Source: Paraspadella gotoi (taxonomy: Eukaryota > Animalia > Chaetognatha). Taken from it: 42,184 nt of DNA. Within the stretch, counting starts at the first letter, position 1. Each line of letters starts with the position of its first letter. The stretch is from positions 1 to 42,184 of the forward strand of contig JBJCIZ010000444.1 in NCBI GenBank assembly GCA_051294375.1. Reading direction: 5' to 3'. This document shows positions 1 to 13,720 of this stretch, one piece after another. The notes beneath the pieces were generated by a model. That model made no database searches and was not told where the DNA came from. It was given only the letters and a program-made list of their open reading frames with translations. The position numbers and the translations under genes were made by a program.

Positions 1-3000
1 GGGTCAATCAAATTGCAATAAGAGTCGTCTAAGTGTATTCTATAACTTATATTATATCTTACCTAACTAAGTATCAATCAGAAAAACGACAGATGACGAA
101 ATGAAAAATAGCATTGGACATGTGGCTCTCGCACCCTAGGCGGAAACCATCTGGAGCCAAAAAAAAAAATACCCCTGGGTTCAAAAATTTATCGGAAAGA
201 AAAATAACGAGAGAGCCGAGCAGTGTCCGAAATCTACACTCTCATACGCCCGGAAAATGAAACATGATTGCACAATTTAGCATACAATTAACAATAATGA
301 TAATCGAAAGAAAATAGTAAGAATGCCAAACCAACCGAATCCGAAAATCTCGGCCTCTTGCATACAAAAAGGAGGACTCTTCGGAGTTATGACCGGGCAA
401 TATTCAAACACTATTAGACCAAAGGGTTATATATCTGCGTATTCAATAACGGTAATTAGGTCAAGACTGAAAACTATGTTAAAAGCCGCAGGATGATGCA
501 ACTCTCACGGACAAATCTCAAGTATCACGTGTCTTAATTTTTTACTTACATTGTATCTCAATTGCCGTTCTTAAATTCGTCTATATCCTTCTATTCTATT
601 CAGATCTTCTCATGTCAATATTATCTATGTCTACTTCCCTATACAAATGGACAGAGGTAATAAAAAAAAAAACGAAATCTTTGATAATGTTGACGAAGGA
701 GAAGTTCTTTAAGATGCCACTTAGTATAGGATTCGATTTCCATGCGCGTCGTGTTGGTTCATCGTTTTTTTGCTCTTGGATAGTTTCTCCGAACAATAGT
801 GTAAAATCAGTGACCGCAATCCATTATTATTTCTCTAAGAGATGTTAAAGTTCCGAGCAATTGTAAGATCAAACGGTTATTCAGGCGACCTGAAGCAACA
901 GTTTTATATTTTATATTCCCTCTCCTTTTATACAATAAATTTATAATTGTCATATATTATGAGCGTTACTAGGGTAGCGTAACGTACGGATCCGTCTTTG
1001 ACATACTTCCGAAGCATCCGCCGAATTAAGGGACTTAGCCTCGTTCCATCGATTCGGCAAAGTAGATAATCTATAAACTTACCATAATCAGACCGAGAGC
1101 TAATTCGGCTTTCCTCAAGTCAGTACGTAGGTCTTATAGTTGAGATAATAATTATTAAGACACAATTTCTACCTTGAATTTGTGTTGCGCAAAGCTTATT
1201 CTATTCTATATTCTTTTCTCCGTAATAATCTGCGTTATCTAAATTGTTTTCCTTTGTCCATCGTCTGTAGAAACGAACTGCAAATATAAGGTCGCTCTCG
1301 CCCAAGACCCAAGTTAGCCATATCTTGGCATATTCTTCGCATATATACGGTCGATGAGACGGTCGGTGTCACACCGAGGTCGAGCGAAGCCGCCCCTGTT
1401 AAAGAATGTGAGTTCGTTAATTCTCCTCCTTCATTTTTTCTCCGCTAATAAGGTGTACGTTCTCCAAACTTTGTATCAAGGACTATTATCTCATGCGACG
1501 AGTTACAATCAGTATTGAAAAACCAAGACAGTTAATAGTCGTTAAAAGGAATCGAGATTGAGAACGAAGAGAGGAAGAGAAAGAGAGCAGAGAAGACGCA
1601 GGAGAGAACGAGCAAAGAAATGCGGAGCGTTGAGTTATGATTCCTTCGTTTGTGGTTTACAAAGGAGAAATCTCGAGATTCCAAAGCGCTATTCGAGAGA
1701 TTGGGACATATAAAAGAACAGTGAAAGGGGACCGTAAGAAGCATTTCAATTCGAGTTTTATCATTTTTTTTTTTTTTTTCTTGTCGCTGAACTTTTTACT
1801 CTCTCGGCGGTTCTCCGATGGAAAAAGAGTACAGGGAGGAGAGAGAGAGAGACGAGAAGGAGAGAGAGAGCAGAGGAGAGAGAGAGAGAGAGAGAGGAGA
1901 GAGAGGAGGAGAATAAGAGAGGAGAGCGCCCTTTTCTCATCCTTTCATTTTGATGTTTTTTATGTATCCTTTTTTTTTGCGCCATCCTCTTTAACCCCTA
2001 ATGGCACTAATGTTTACCGTGTTTTGTGTTTGTTCTATAACTAATATGACAAATTTGACGTTATAATTTGACATTAGAAATATTACAATTAACTACAATG
2101 AGATAAATTCGCAAACTTTACCTACTGAAATTTTTTATTTGAAACTCGCTGGGTCAAAAATGTGACCGGAAAAATGAAATTGAATGCGTGGTTGTTTTTT
2201 CTTTTTTTTTTTTTCTTGTTCTTTTTTTTTTTTTTTTGGTCACCATATGGCGCTCTGATCAATTCTAGATGTGGGAGGACCCATAGTTCCGCCATGCAAG
2301 TTATGCAAGAGAGAGGAGAGAGAGAGAAAGAGGAAGGAGAAGGAGAAGAGCAAGAGAGAGAGAGAGAAGAGAGGGAGAGAGAAGAGAGAGGAAGGAGGGG
2401 AGAGAACTGGACAGGAGGAGGAGTATAAAAAATTCCATCCAACGATTTTTTTGTTTCGATCCCTCATTGTTTCATAGTTTTTTCGTGAAACTTCAAAAAC
2501 AAAAAAGTCTCCATATTGTTTCGCCACGATTCTTCTCCATCCCCTCTCCCCACACTCCGCCCCTTTGCGGGGAGACCGAATATGTCCAGAAAACCGAGAA
2601 AATATTACTCGAGCTAAAAGGAAGAGAGACATAAGAAAGAAGTGTGAGAGAGAGAGAGGACAGGTGAGAACCAGAGAGGGAGAACACTTTAATTAGTAAA
2701 CGCGAAATAATATTTAATGTCGCCTTCGCGTTCAAAAAAAAAAAAACGAAAGGAACAACGACAAGGGTCTCTCTCTCTCTCTCCTCCGTCATCTCCTCCT
2801 CTCTCACTCCTCCACTCAGTCCGCTCGGCTCATCCTTCTCTCATCTCCTCCCTCCTCCTCTCATCTCGTAGCTCTCTCTTCTCATCGCCACCCATATTCT
2901 CTCTCAGGAGAGCTCAACATTTTGGTGGTTATTTTCGGGAGGTTTTTTCTCTCCCTTTTTTCTTTCCCGCTATTGTTTTTTTTCGAAGTTCATTTATTGT

Positions 3001-5187
3001 CTTTCAACAAACCCATTCGTTCTCTTCGTCCACTTCGGTTTTTTTTTCGAATCATAGAAACTTTTCTCTTTTTTTTTTCTTTCGTTCTTTTTTTTGGGAA
3101 AGGTGGATAATATCATCTTTTCTCGTCTGCGAATCTATAAACCGACGGAAGTGAGAACGATGACTCAGCTCATCTCTCTCTTCTCGTCTCTCCTCTCCTC
3201 ATCTCTCCTCTCGGATCAGTCTCTCTTCATCTCATCTTCTGCGTCCTCTCGTCCATCTCTCTCTCAAATCCCTCTCTCTCTCTAATTCATTTAAGATGAT
3301 TGTGGCTCTATTTGTGGCCGGGAAGAAGACGAAAAAAGAAAACACATCAAAAAACGAAGGCATAGACAAGAAACACGAAAAAAACGAGTCGCCAAGTTCT
3401 CCAGCGGGAGGGACCCGCGCGACGAGGAGTAGAAAGAGAGTACAAGAAAAGAAAAGAAAGAAAGAAAAGAAAGAAAGAAAGAAAGAAAGAAGAAAAGAAG
3501 AAGAAAGAAAAAAGAAAGAAAGAAAGAATATCACGTTTTCACAAGCTCTTTCCCGAACAATTAAGAAATTTGAATTTCGCGAGTTTAGGGATTTTTTTTT
3601 AAGAATCGTTTTTCTCGAAAAAGGTTTTGTAATTTTTTCTTTCTTTTTTTTTTTTTTCTTTAGCAATGGAGAAGCGCGAGTAAAAAAGAAATTTCGCGAT
3701 GGAAAAATGAGATTTTATTTTTCAAAAACCGAAGAAGGAGGAAGAAAGAAAAAAAGATCTTTTTATAATAGTAAAACTTGATTTTCTTCTCTTCTTTTTT
3801 AAACCGGTGTGGGTGGGGGGAGGGGGAGTTGGAGAGAGAGGGGGGTGTGTAGTGAAAGGTGGGTGATTTATTGGCGGTGGAAAAAAATGAGTCGAAATTT
3901 CAAGGTTTTTTTTTTTTAAACAAAATATACTCATTTTATGGAAAATAGGTACTATGTATTCTTCCTTTATCTCTTCTTTCGCTTTGAGATCAGTATATGC
4001 CTCTCTCTTCTTTTTTCTATCTCTCCTCTATCTCACTTCCTCTACTCTAATCTTTTTCAAAAAATAACCGTTTTTTTTTCTCCTCTAAAATAATGAGCTC
4101 TCGCTTATTCTTGTAATCTGTTTTTTGTTGGGAGTAAAAACTTGTCTTTCTTTCGAGATACTAAAGGTGTACGGAAACGGATTCGACGGAAGTGAATCAA
4201 CACATGATCACTGGATCTAGTGACATGTGATAATATTGAAATGTAATTGGACCTATTAGCATGTCTTTTTAAGTCCAGTCCCGAAAAATGAATCAAAAAA
4301 AATTTCCTTTATTATAATAAATAATAATAATAAACGGGTCGAATTATTGAACGCCTTGATGTTCTGGCGAAATTCTCTAAGAGAACCCGAAAGTGGGGCG
4401 ACCCGTATTTTTTTATTTCTTCTCTCTCTCGCTCTCTCCTCTCTCTCTCATCGTCTTCCATCTTCCCTCCGCCTCCCGCTCTCTCGTCTCTCCCCATCTT
4501 CTCTCTCGCCGCCTCTCCTCTCTCTCATCTCGTCTCTCTTCCATCACAGACCCACCACAACACGATTTTGGAAACATTAAGAAATTGTATCCTTATATCC
4601 GTATATTTATATTTCTCCGAAAAAAAAAGATGTAAAAAAAAAGTATTTTTTCGCAAAATATTCCCAGCCGTAAAAATATACCGATTTTTTTTCCTTAATT
4701 TAAAAAAAAAAATTTCTTTAGATTTTTTGGGCTAGAAACTTTTTTCAGGACTCTCCAAAATTGGGGAGGAGATGCATTTTCTTCTCCTTATCTTTGTTCC
4801 TGTTTCTATCGTCTGTAACTGTCTTAATATTTCTTTTCTTCGAGGATTTTACTCTTTGAAAAAGAAGAGTCCAGACGTTGAATTTTATAGGTTTTTTTCT
4901 CCGAGAAGTCTCGATGTTTATGCGAATTCTCTTTCTCTTCCTCTTTTTTTTTTTAAACATAATTTTTTTGTCTTTTTTTCCTTAAACTTATTTTTTTAAT
5001 TTATTTCTCCCCTCCCTCCTGTTTCGTTCCCCCTTGTTTTAAAATGTTTCGTACGAAAAGTCCTGTTGAAAGTATGGGGAGTTTAAAAGTTTTAAGAGTT
5101 AACCTAGATGTAACTAAACTCTCTCTCTCGCTCTTCTCTCCTCTCCTCTCTCTCTCTCCCTCCTCTCCTCTCATCCTCTCTTCTCTC

Positions 5188-5222
<35 letters not shown>

Positions 5223-5766
5223 GTTTTTTGTGCTCGCCTTTCTAATTTTGTCTAAGATTAAAAAAATCGAATGTGTATTTATACAAAGTCATTCCGGTCA
5301 AATTTTCTGTCATTTTTTTTTTTTTGTCTCCCAGTTGGTTTCGTTCGAGGCAAAATCGAAATGATTTCCTCTGGATGTGGATTCGATTGTCAGAAATAGT
5401 ACCGCGCTCACTCGTCTAGGAAAAGAATAAGACACGCGGCTCTTCTCATCTCTCCTTCCTCTCTCCTCTCTCGGTCTCACTCTTTCCTCTCTCTGCTCTC
5501 TCTTCTCTCTCCTCCTCCTCTCTTCTCTCCCTCTCTCTCTCGTTCCTCCTCTATCACGCTCATCCTCTACTCCCATCTCTCTCCTCATCTCTCTCTCGCC
5601 GCTCTCTCTTCCTCGTCATCTCTCATCCTCTCTCTCTATCATCTCCTACTCTCTCGTCCATCGTCCTCTTCTCATCTCTCTCTCTCTCACTTGCGTCTCG
5701 TCGGATTTTGAAAGAGACAATTGACGTAGTATGACGCGGAGATTGACGCCGCTATTTCGACAGCCG

Positions 5767-5823
5767 AAAAAAAAAAGAAAGAAAGAAAAGAAAAGAAAGA
5801 GAGATAAGGAAAGAAAGAAAGAG

Positions 5824-5866
<43 letters not shown>

Positions 5867-5940
5867 AAAGAAAGAAAGAAAGAAAGAAAGAAGAAAGATA
5901 AAGAAAGAAAGAAAGAAAAAAAATAAAAAAAAAGAAAAGA
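5767..5940 (+). repeat. (AAAG)n-rich tract
   Basis: Read directly; a similar tract lies at 3445-3527. Confidence 0.9.
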
Positions 5941-6569
5941 CACAATCGTTTTTAAAAGCGAAATTAATTCTGTCATTTTACACTCGATTGATCTTTTCTT
6001 CCAAATCGGCGGAGAAAAACAAATAATCGCAATTTCTTTCTTTTTTCTTCTTTTTTTTTCCAGATTGGCTTTCCTTCTTTTTTTCCCTTTTTCTAAAAAA
6101 AATTGTTCGAAAACAATGTTGTAAAACGTAAATAAGAGCAAAATCTAAATTCTAATGTAAATTGTTAATTCAAAATATAAAAACAAATATTTACAAAACC
6201 AGAGAATAAGATCGTTCTTTTTAAAATCTACCGAAGCAGAAAATGCGACGACTTATCAAGTTATAATCGGTATTTCCGAAAGAATTACTTTGTTATAAAT
6301 GAGCATAATCTTTTAGATTTTTACTATTTTTACTATTTTTACCCCAGTTCTGAATTAACGGATATTTATATTTTTTTAAATGTTAAGACATTTTGTTGAG
6401 GTATGAAGGGGATACTGACATGTTATGTCTTCTGGCTCACTGTGAATTCATTTTAAAATATAGATTGATGATATTTGAGACAATGATGAAATAAACACTA
6501 AGCTTTCATTTAAGCTCTTTTACAATAATTTTTACAAAATATTTAAAATTCTCTTGACATAATAAAATA

Positions 6570-6702
6570 TTATTATAATTATAATTATATTATTATAATT
6601 ATTATTATTATTTATATCTATTATTGTTATTATATTATTTTAATCATAATTATATATTATAATAATATAATATAATATATTATAATATAATATAATATTA
6701 TA
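6570..6702. repeat. Nearly pure A/T low-complexity tract (TAT/ATA repeats)
   Basis: Read directly from the sequence. Confidence 0.9.
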
Positions 6703-7189
6703 AGTTTTAATTCCGAAACCGAAACGCCGTTAGATTTAAACGAAAAAAGCATTTAGTTTACATACACACAGTGAAGAATCCAATATATTTCATTGCGTTT
6801 TTTACGTGAGAGCAATTTATACGAGCTCTGCACCTTCATTGCTTTGCATCGCTTATTCCCTTTTTTGAGAAAATAATAATTTCCCGACAAAAAAAAAATC
6901 TAATATTCATAAAAAAAACCGACGGCGAAATATCTAAGAGTAGTTAAAAAGTAAAGAAGAAAAATAATGCGTTGAAAGTCGTGGAAGAAATCCTAAAAAT
7001 CTCTCTCTCTCTCTCATTTTCACTCTCTCTCTCTCTCACTTTCTCCCGAAATTGCGTCGCTCCCTTTTATAGCTTCATGAATTTTATCTATGTCTCTCTC
7101 TCTCTAGCTTCTTTTTTCCCTCTCTCTCTCTTTCTCTCTCTGAGAGAAATAGAGAGAGAAAGACAATGCCAACAAGATATTGAGAACAG

Positions 7190-7240
7190 GACAGTGTAAA
7201 CTGGAGAGGACAAGGTTAAGTGACAGCTGTACGTAGTGAG
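7190..7240 (+). CDS. Short fragment resembling the mature N-terminus of papain-family (C1A) cysteine proteases
   Basis: DSVNWRGQG*VTAVRSE versus the family motif (P)xSVDWRxKGAVTPVKNQ. The downstream CGSCWAF motif was not found, so this may be chance. Confidence 0.25.
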
Positions 7241-7892
7241 AGGAGTAGATAATGTGAGGGAAAGAATTAAATTTGTCAATGAGGGAGAGAGAGACAGAGA
7301 GCAGAAGTTAACATTGTGGGTAACAAGAGTTAACAATTACGAAAAATGTACAACAATCGATAAATTTAACTAAATATGACAGACTTAAACAAACCCATTG
7401 GTTGACTCCGGGGGGGACACAGCTCATTTTGAAGCATTTTGAAAGCTTTTTCTTTTTCTTATTTTTTCTCTTACTCGCTTTCACTTACACTATCCCTCGA
7501 CATTTTATTTCAATTTGCATATAGAACTTCACTCCTAATTATTAATTAATGTTATCCTGAATTAATTTAATATTTTTAGTTTGTTATAAGTTCTGTCTAT
7601 TTTATTAAATTTTCATTGTCTGACAATTTTCTAAATGTAACTCTTCTTACCGAAAATGTTACCTCTGCATTCTCTCGTCTCTCTCTCTCTCCTCTATTCA
7701 CAGCCCTAAGAAATTTAATTTTCTTTTCCCCTCACATTCTCTCTTTCTCTGTCTGCTCGTACTAACTTACAACTGTCCTCAGAATTTCAACCAATGGTCC
7801 CTGTCTCATATCTTTGTTGGCCATCCTTCTTTCTCTCTCTATTCTTCTCTCTCTCTCGTCTCCCTCGCGTCTCATTCTCTCTCTCTTCCAAG

Positions 7893-8033
7893 AGTTTAAT
7901 CTGGAAAACACTGAAAACTGTGAAATCTGTCCAAGCACTGATGAAGGCTTGAATGACAAGCCGAAACTTGTCTGTACATTAAAATAAATCTTCTGCTGTA
8001 AAAGACTGTATGTCTTCAACTTTTCAATAATAG
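7893..8033 (+). CDS. Exon-like fragment with a Cys-rich zinc-binding (B-box/RING-like) pattern
   Basis: After a pyrimidine tract and AG (7891-7892): FNLENTENCEICPSTDEGLNDKPKLVCTLK*IFCCK, then KDC after a 1-nt shift. In-frame TAA at 7985. Confidence 0.3.
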
Positions 8034-9860
8034 GTCAAAAATCTATAATCCCTATTAAAAAATATATATTGAAAATACTCAGTTAACGACTATGATATTT
8101 GTTTAATTTATTAAATATTTTTTTTACTTAATAAATCAAAATATTTATATTTCCTCGATTGGTTAAAAAAAATTGTAATCTTGAATGAAATTTTAGAATT
8201 GTTCTTTTTTTAGGAAGAGAAGCCAGAACATGAGGTCAAAATTTTATATTTGTTTGCATATCTGTATTTTACAAAATTATCAATATTTCAGTTTCACAAC
8301 TAAAAGGAGATTAGGTTGATTTTAAAAAATAATAAAATGATTAAATATCATAGCACTAAAATTATTTATCAAAATTTAATATAGTACATAAGATGGTATA
8401 CAAAATTAAAAAAATGTTTAATATTGACTATCTCTTGTTTCGCATCCGACCTGCCTATTTGTTAGGTATAAGTTTATGCCGAATAGTAAGAACGGCCGCG
8501 ACAGCGGATTCGCAAATTACGTAATAAAATAAATACAGAACAAAAAAATTTTTTTTAGTAAACTACATGCAATTACTTAATTTCGCGCACTCCGTTATAT
8601 ATACAAGTATTCGCAGAAACGCCATCGTGACATTCTGCATGGCCATCTATAAGGTATTTATTCACTTTTTCCTCAAAAAGTATCCAACGAAAAATCTCGG
8701 AAATGTAAATTTGGGATTTTTTGTATCGAGAATAAATGGCAATAGCGAGATAATAGATCACGATAGATCTGCTTTTGCTAGAAGAAAAAATAATCAGAAT
8801 TTTCAAGAAGAACGAATTCACGCAAAAGGTCAAGAAAGACGAGAATGGACAAGAAAGGGAGAGAGAGAGAGAGAGGAGGCATATACTTGCAAAGCTTCGC
8901 GGACCCAATTTTGGTACTATTGTTTTCCCGCTCACGGCTCTGTTGTTAGACTCTCCTCACCGTCGCGCTATGATTAGGCGTGTCGAGGTGGGAGAACCAT
9001 GAACGAGCCAGCGAATCATACATTGCACCGGTGCGACCCTCTCGCAGCGCGGCCGAGTCCTTAATCAGGAAAGTCCGAGGTAGCAGGTTTAGAGAGTCTT
9101 GCTAATGATGCAAGAATAGCAGCAAGTGCGGATATGTCGAGAAAGATTATAACGTATAGTAGCTTAGGATGATAAAAGTGAGATCAAATGTAGCAAGGAG
9201 GCGAGAGTGTGAAGGACCAAGAGATGGAGATTGAGGACAGGGGTGGGCAGTGATTATATTGAATGGATGGAGCGAGGTGGAGTACATAGTGTACGGAAGG
9301 GGTAGGATGAGAGATCGCAGTCATACTGTGTGGAAAATTGAGGGTTAGATTGGAAGATCTGACGCTAGGTGTGGATCGGAGATGATGAAACGCGGTGAAT
9401 TGAATCGATTAGTAAACAGGTAACAGGGAGAGAGTTAGAGAGAAATGAGAATCAACAAAAGATAAAAGAAGAAATATAGCACCCCGCACAAAAATCCCTG
9501 TGGAAGGCTAAAACGTCGCGGGATTCAAGGACGTTTTTCTTCTCTTTCCTTTATTAAAAAATATGGAAAGAATATATAATAATTACAAACAAAATAAATT
9601 AAGGACAGACAGGAAGAAGAAAAACACTTAAATTAACAATGTGATAGAATAGAGATATAGATAGAGTCAAATAGTATATATATTATATATAATCGTCAAG
9701 TTGTATCTTTTTAAAAACTTTTTTCTAATCAATTCACAACGAAAAATTATAATCCGTTGTTTTCTCTCCGAGGAGAAAGCAAGTAATGCCAAACAAGTAG
9801 TAAAAAAAAATAGAAACTTAACGTCGGGAAAGACAGAATAAAGACTTCACGGGATTCTGC

Positions 9861-10824
9861 TAGGGGACGTAGTCGCTACTGATTCGAAATAGGGATATTC
9901 TCCTGATCAGAGAGTAATATATATACCTCAAGTACAACGATGTGGGCCCGGGCGTACTGGCCCGGCACCATGGTGACGTCGGGGTAGCGATACACCATAT
10001 ATGAGGAAGAAGAGAAGAGATGAGGACGAAGAAGCCTGAAGCAGACCCTCGCTAGAGCGGAACTCGTTTAGCATCGTCGCCAAGTGACAGGTTGTGGTGA
10101 AAATAAAAATAGGAAGAGAAGAAGAGAGAGTAAAGAAGCTGTAGCAGATCGCGCAAAGAACGGAACTCGTATAAGGTTATTCTTGCACTTTGTTCTAAAT
10201 GTGACCCATTGAAAAGTTCGCACCCACATGGTAAATTTGGGATTTGTGGTATTGAAAAAAGCGCCGCACACTAAATAATAAGTAAACAGATTTTTTAGAA
10301 GGAAAATAATAATCAAGCACATTTTCTCAAAAATATAGTAAAGGAGAGAAAAAAATGACACGCAAGAGGAGAGAGAGAGAGAGAAACGAATTAAGTCTGA
10401 ACACGCGCTGCACAAGGAAAGTCGGAAGCTCGTTTACCTCGTGAAAGCAAGTGACGGGTGGTGAAGCAGAGAAAAAGCGACTAAAAATAAAACAGGAGAG
10501 GAGAGAGAAAGAGAGAAGACGAGAGAACGGAACTAGCGTTAAAGCCACTCGTGCCGTAGTAATGGTGGAGTGGAAAAAAAAGTATATTAATTTTTTTTTT
10601 AAAGAGAGAGAGAAGAGAGATTAGGTTTCCGCCAGAAGCGATATGCATAATTTAGAGTCCACTCTCGGTTGAATAAATCGGTCTATCGCGTCGAAGATAG
10701 AGAGCATTGCGTATTAAAGTAAAGAAAAATGTTCTAGTCGCTACGTCAGGCGTCGGGGGCCTGTAACCTTAGAGAAAATACCCTAAGGAAAAGAGTCAAG
10801 GCGCTGAGTCAGTCGACGTCCCTA
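9861..10824. mobile_element. Possible MITE-like unit with degenerate terminal inverted repeats and internal direct repeats
   Basis: 9861-9995 (taggggacgt...actgattc...tagggatattctc...aagtaca...ggccc...tgacgt...tagcga) is collinear with the reverse complement of 10733-10824 (tagggacgt...actgactc...tagggtattttctc...aaggttaca.ggccc...tgacgtagcga). The internal motif cggaactcgt recurs at 10058, 10161, 10423 and 10528. No TSD seen. Confidence 0.4.
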
Positions 10825-12461
10825 ATAATATAATTTATGACTTTAAACAATGAAAAATAATAAAAAAATTATAATCAATTCAATGTAAAAATTAAACACC
10901 CGATAACAAAAACGGCACGTATGGAGGACAGCTATTAGGTCACGTGGGTCCAGTCTCTGGCCAACAGAGTGGTAACCGGCGTGGTTGTTAAGTCCACTGA
11001 ACCTTACGCCTGAGGACACTTGGGCCGGACTTATAATATATATAGCGGACAAAGAAATAACAACACTCAAATCATATATATATATTCTCGTTCACCGTTT
11101 ATATATATATATATATAACATTGTATTAAATGTATCCGTTTAAAAACATATAATATAATCTTAATTTTCACGGTCGATACACGGTTATAATTATAACAAA
11201 TATACTAAAATTGTTTTTACTTAAAAACCCGTAAAGCGTATCAAAAAACGAAAAACTTTAATTTTTCCTGCGACGAAGGCGGCCGCGAAAAAAATAACAC
11301 TTCGTTGCGCCCCCGATATCTTTAGGATAAGAAAATGTCTGGCCGTATGAGACCGGAATATAGCTGGCCGGGTTAACCCGGAGCAGGACAGACTCAAAAA
11401 ATTAAATTGTCTGGCATATAGGGAACCGCAGAACGAAAAGGATAATAGAAGACACACTAATGTCCGTTTTTCGTCGAACGTCGTCAGATGAAATTCCCGA
11501 GAGAAACAATGGAATCCCACTGGACGACGATGAAAGAAACAAATTAAGAAATAAATAATTAAAGTATTTACAAAGTGTGCGGAAAAATGCAAGATTAAAA
11601 ATAGCATAGGTAATTCTATAAATCAAAGGTACATCATCTTTATATAAGCAATGTAATAATTGTTTTAGGATGCCTGACTGAGAAAATAACTCCGACTGTA
11701 CAATGCGCGTAATATTACTTACTTATTATATAAGTAAGTAAATCATGTGACTCACCACCCATATTTAACAGCTTAGTGTTTTTAATAATAACATCATTTA
11801 ATTAATTAATTAATTAATTCTTTTTTTTCTAATTTCTATTTTCTGATTGTAATTAATTTAATTGTGGTAAGTGAATATGATATACTTATTTTTTTTCCTA
11901 TTATTAATTAATTAATTGAATCACTCTTTAGTTTTGCAATTCCAGAGGTATATATAAGAATTTATATTCTTTTTTTTCCTATTTCTATTTTTATATCTTC
12001 TGATTTTGGTTCGAAGAGGCAGTGTGTAAAGTGAAAAAAAATCTAGTAGGAGTGCAGGAGAGAGAGAGCAAGATGACAGTTTCCTTTGTCTTTACAAAAG
12101 AACCTGCTTTCGTAAACCTCTAGAGAATAGGGTGAAATAACAAAGAAGATTTAATTGGACTGTTCTTTGTTTAAGGAAATGCTCTTTGTTTGTGGAGCAT
12201 CTGTTTTATTAGACCAAAAACAGGCAAAAATTTGCTATTTTGGTAAAGCGATGCAAGTGAAGATCTAGTGGAGTGCAGACATAAAGCAAATTTCCTATAG
12301 GAAATAAAGGGAAAATGCTCATAGTAGAACAAAGTAAGAGACAAATCTCGTATTAGGTAGCAAAGTTAAAAGAAGAGGAAAAAAAAAAAAAAAAAATTGA
12401 AAAAAGGGGGGAGCGGCCCAAAATTGTACAGATTTTTGGGGGTAAGTAATGCTAAGCGTTT

Positions 12462-13720
12462 TAAATAAATATAGAACATTTTACTCGGATAAAAGTTAAA
12501 TGATTTCCTTATTTTATATATTAATTACTTTTATAATTAACCCAGTTGTGAGTAACAAAGAGAGATCCATGACGTCACATCCGGTTTCTCTCCGCTCGAC
12601 TTTTTTTAACCTTTACCCCCCTAAACACCCACTTCACCCTTACTCTCACCCTACTCCTCTACACTTCACTTTACCCCAGGTTCTGCCCCTTTCCCCATTT
12701 TCCCGCGCTTTCTTTAACTCTTCTCCCCCCCCTCTTAAAAATAAAAACCATCTCGCAAAAATAAAATTCCGAAATGGCCTCGTTTAAGACTTTTTTTTTC
12801 AGGTTTCATACTTCATTTTTCCCGGCTCATTTTCCGGTTTCCGCTTTAAAAATGTCACGGCAAAAGCCGCAACGAAGCGTCCAGTCGCCGACGCGTCGCA
12901 CCGCGCGACGCCGCCGCAAGCGCGGCTAAGCCGACTACCGCTCCTGTTGTTGCAAGATATTGCACCTTTTTTCGTTTCTTTCTCTCTCTCTCTTTCGCCT
13001 TAATAGGTTGCTTGTGTGCACTTGGTTTTATTAATATTCTTTTTCGTTAGGTAGGCTATATATAGGTAGGTTTATATGACTGACAGCGAGGCGGAACAGT
13101 TGGATCCTGTTTAATTAAATCTAATCGGCTGAATTCTTATTGATATAGTTTAATACGAGGAGGCTTTCTGCTTTAGCGTTTTACCGTGAGAACGACTGGA
13201 AAAGCATCGAGTGTTGGCTTTTACGTAGTAAAAACCTGGAGATTTAATGCTTGCGTAAAGGAAACACTTTCACACAGAATAAGAGGAGCTTCAAACAAAC
13301 TCGCACTCCTAGCCATAGCGTTTGTTTCTAAAACTATCGCTCACCACATGGACCTTACCTTTAAAAAGGCATCTTCTATAAGCACTAACCTCCTTCATAA
13401 ACCTTAACCATCGCTGACACTTTCACCATCTCCTCTTTTTTTTTTAAAAAACCTCACTCAACAATAAAAATTTTCGGCGTAAAATCTTCTCCTCGAAGGA
13501 TATCGCGAAATTTATCTCGTCCGACATAAACAACGAAATAAACCCACTTGTGCGTCGGAAGAGGAGCGCGCACGTGTGAGCTTTATACGTCTCTCTTTTC
13601 TCTGTTCTACTTTTTCTTTATTTCCTTTCTCTCTTCTCTCTCTCTCTCTCTCCTCGTTCATCTTTTCTCTCTCTTCTCTTCCCTCTTCATCTCTTCTCTC
13701 CTCTTCTCTCTCTCTCGTCT
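12462..13720 (+). repeat. Long inverted repeat 1, left arm
   Basis: Reverse complement of 14560-15941. Anchors include atagaacattttactcggataaaa / ttttatccgagtaaaatgttctat, tgacgtcacatccggtttctctccgctcgac, gaacagttggatcctgtttaattaaa and ccatagcgtttgtttctaaaac. The arms differ mainly by small indels. Confidence 0.95.

Noticed and set aside
1-1530. Microsatellite-free start of the window as a gene
   Set aside because: No frame with a recognisable motif; it cannot be distinguished from low-accuracy read sequence.
7399-7420. ggttgactcc as a tRNA B-box
   Set aside because: No upstream A-box or stem structure.
10058-10580. CRISPR array
   Set aside because: Irregular low-complexity spacers, degenerate repeats, no cas genes, eukaryotic context.
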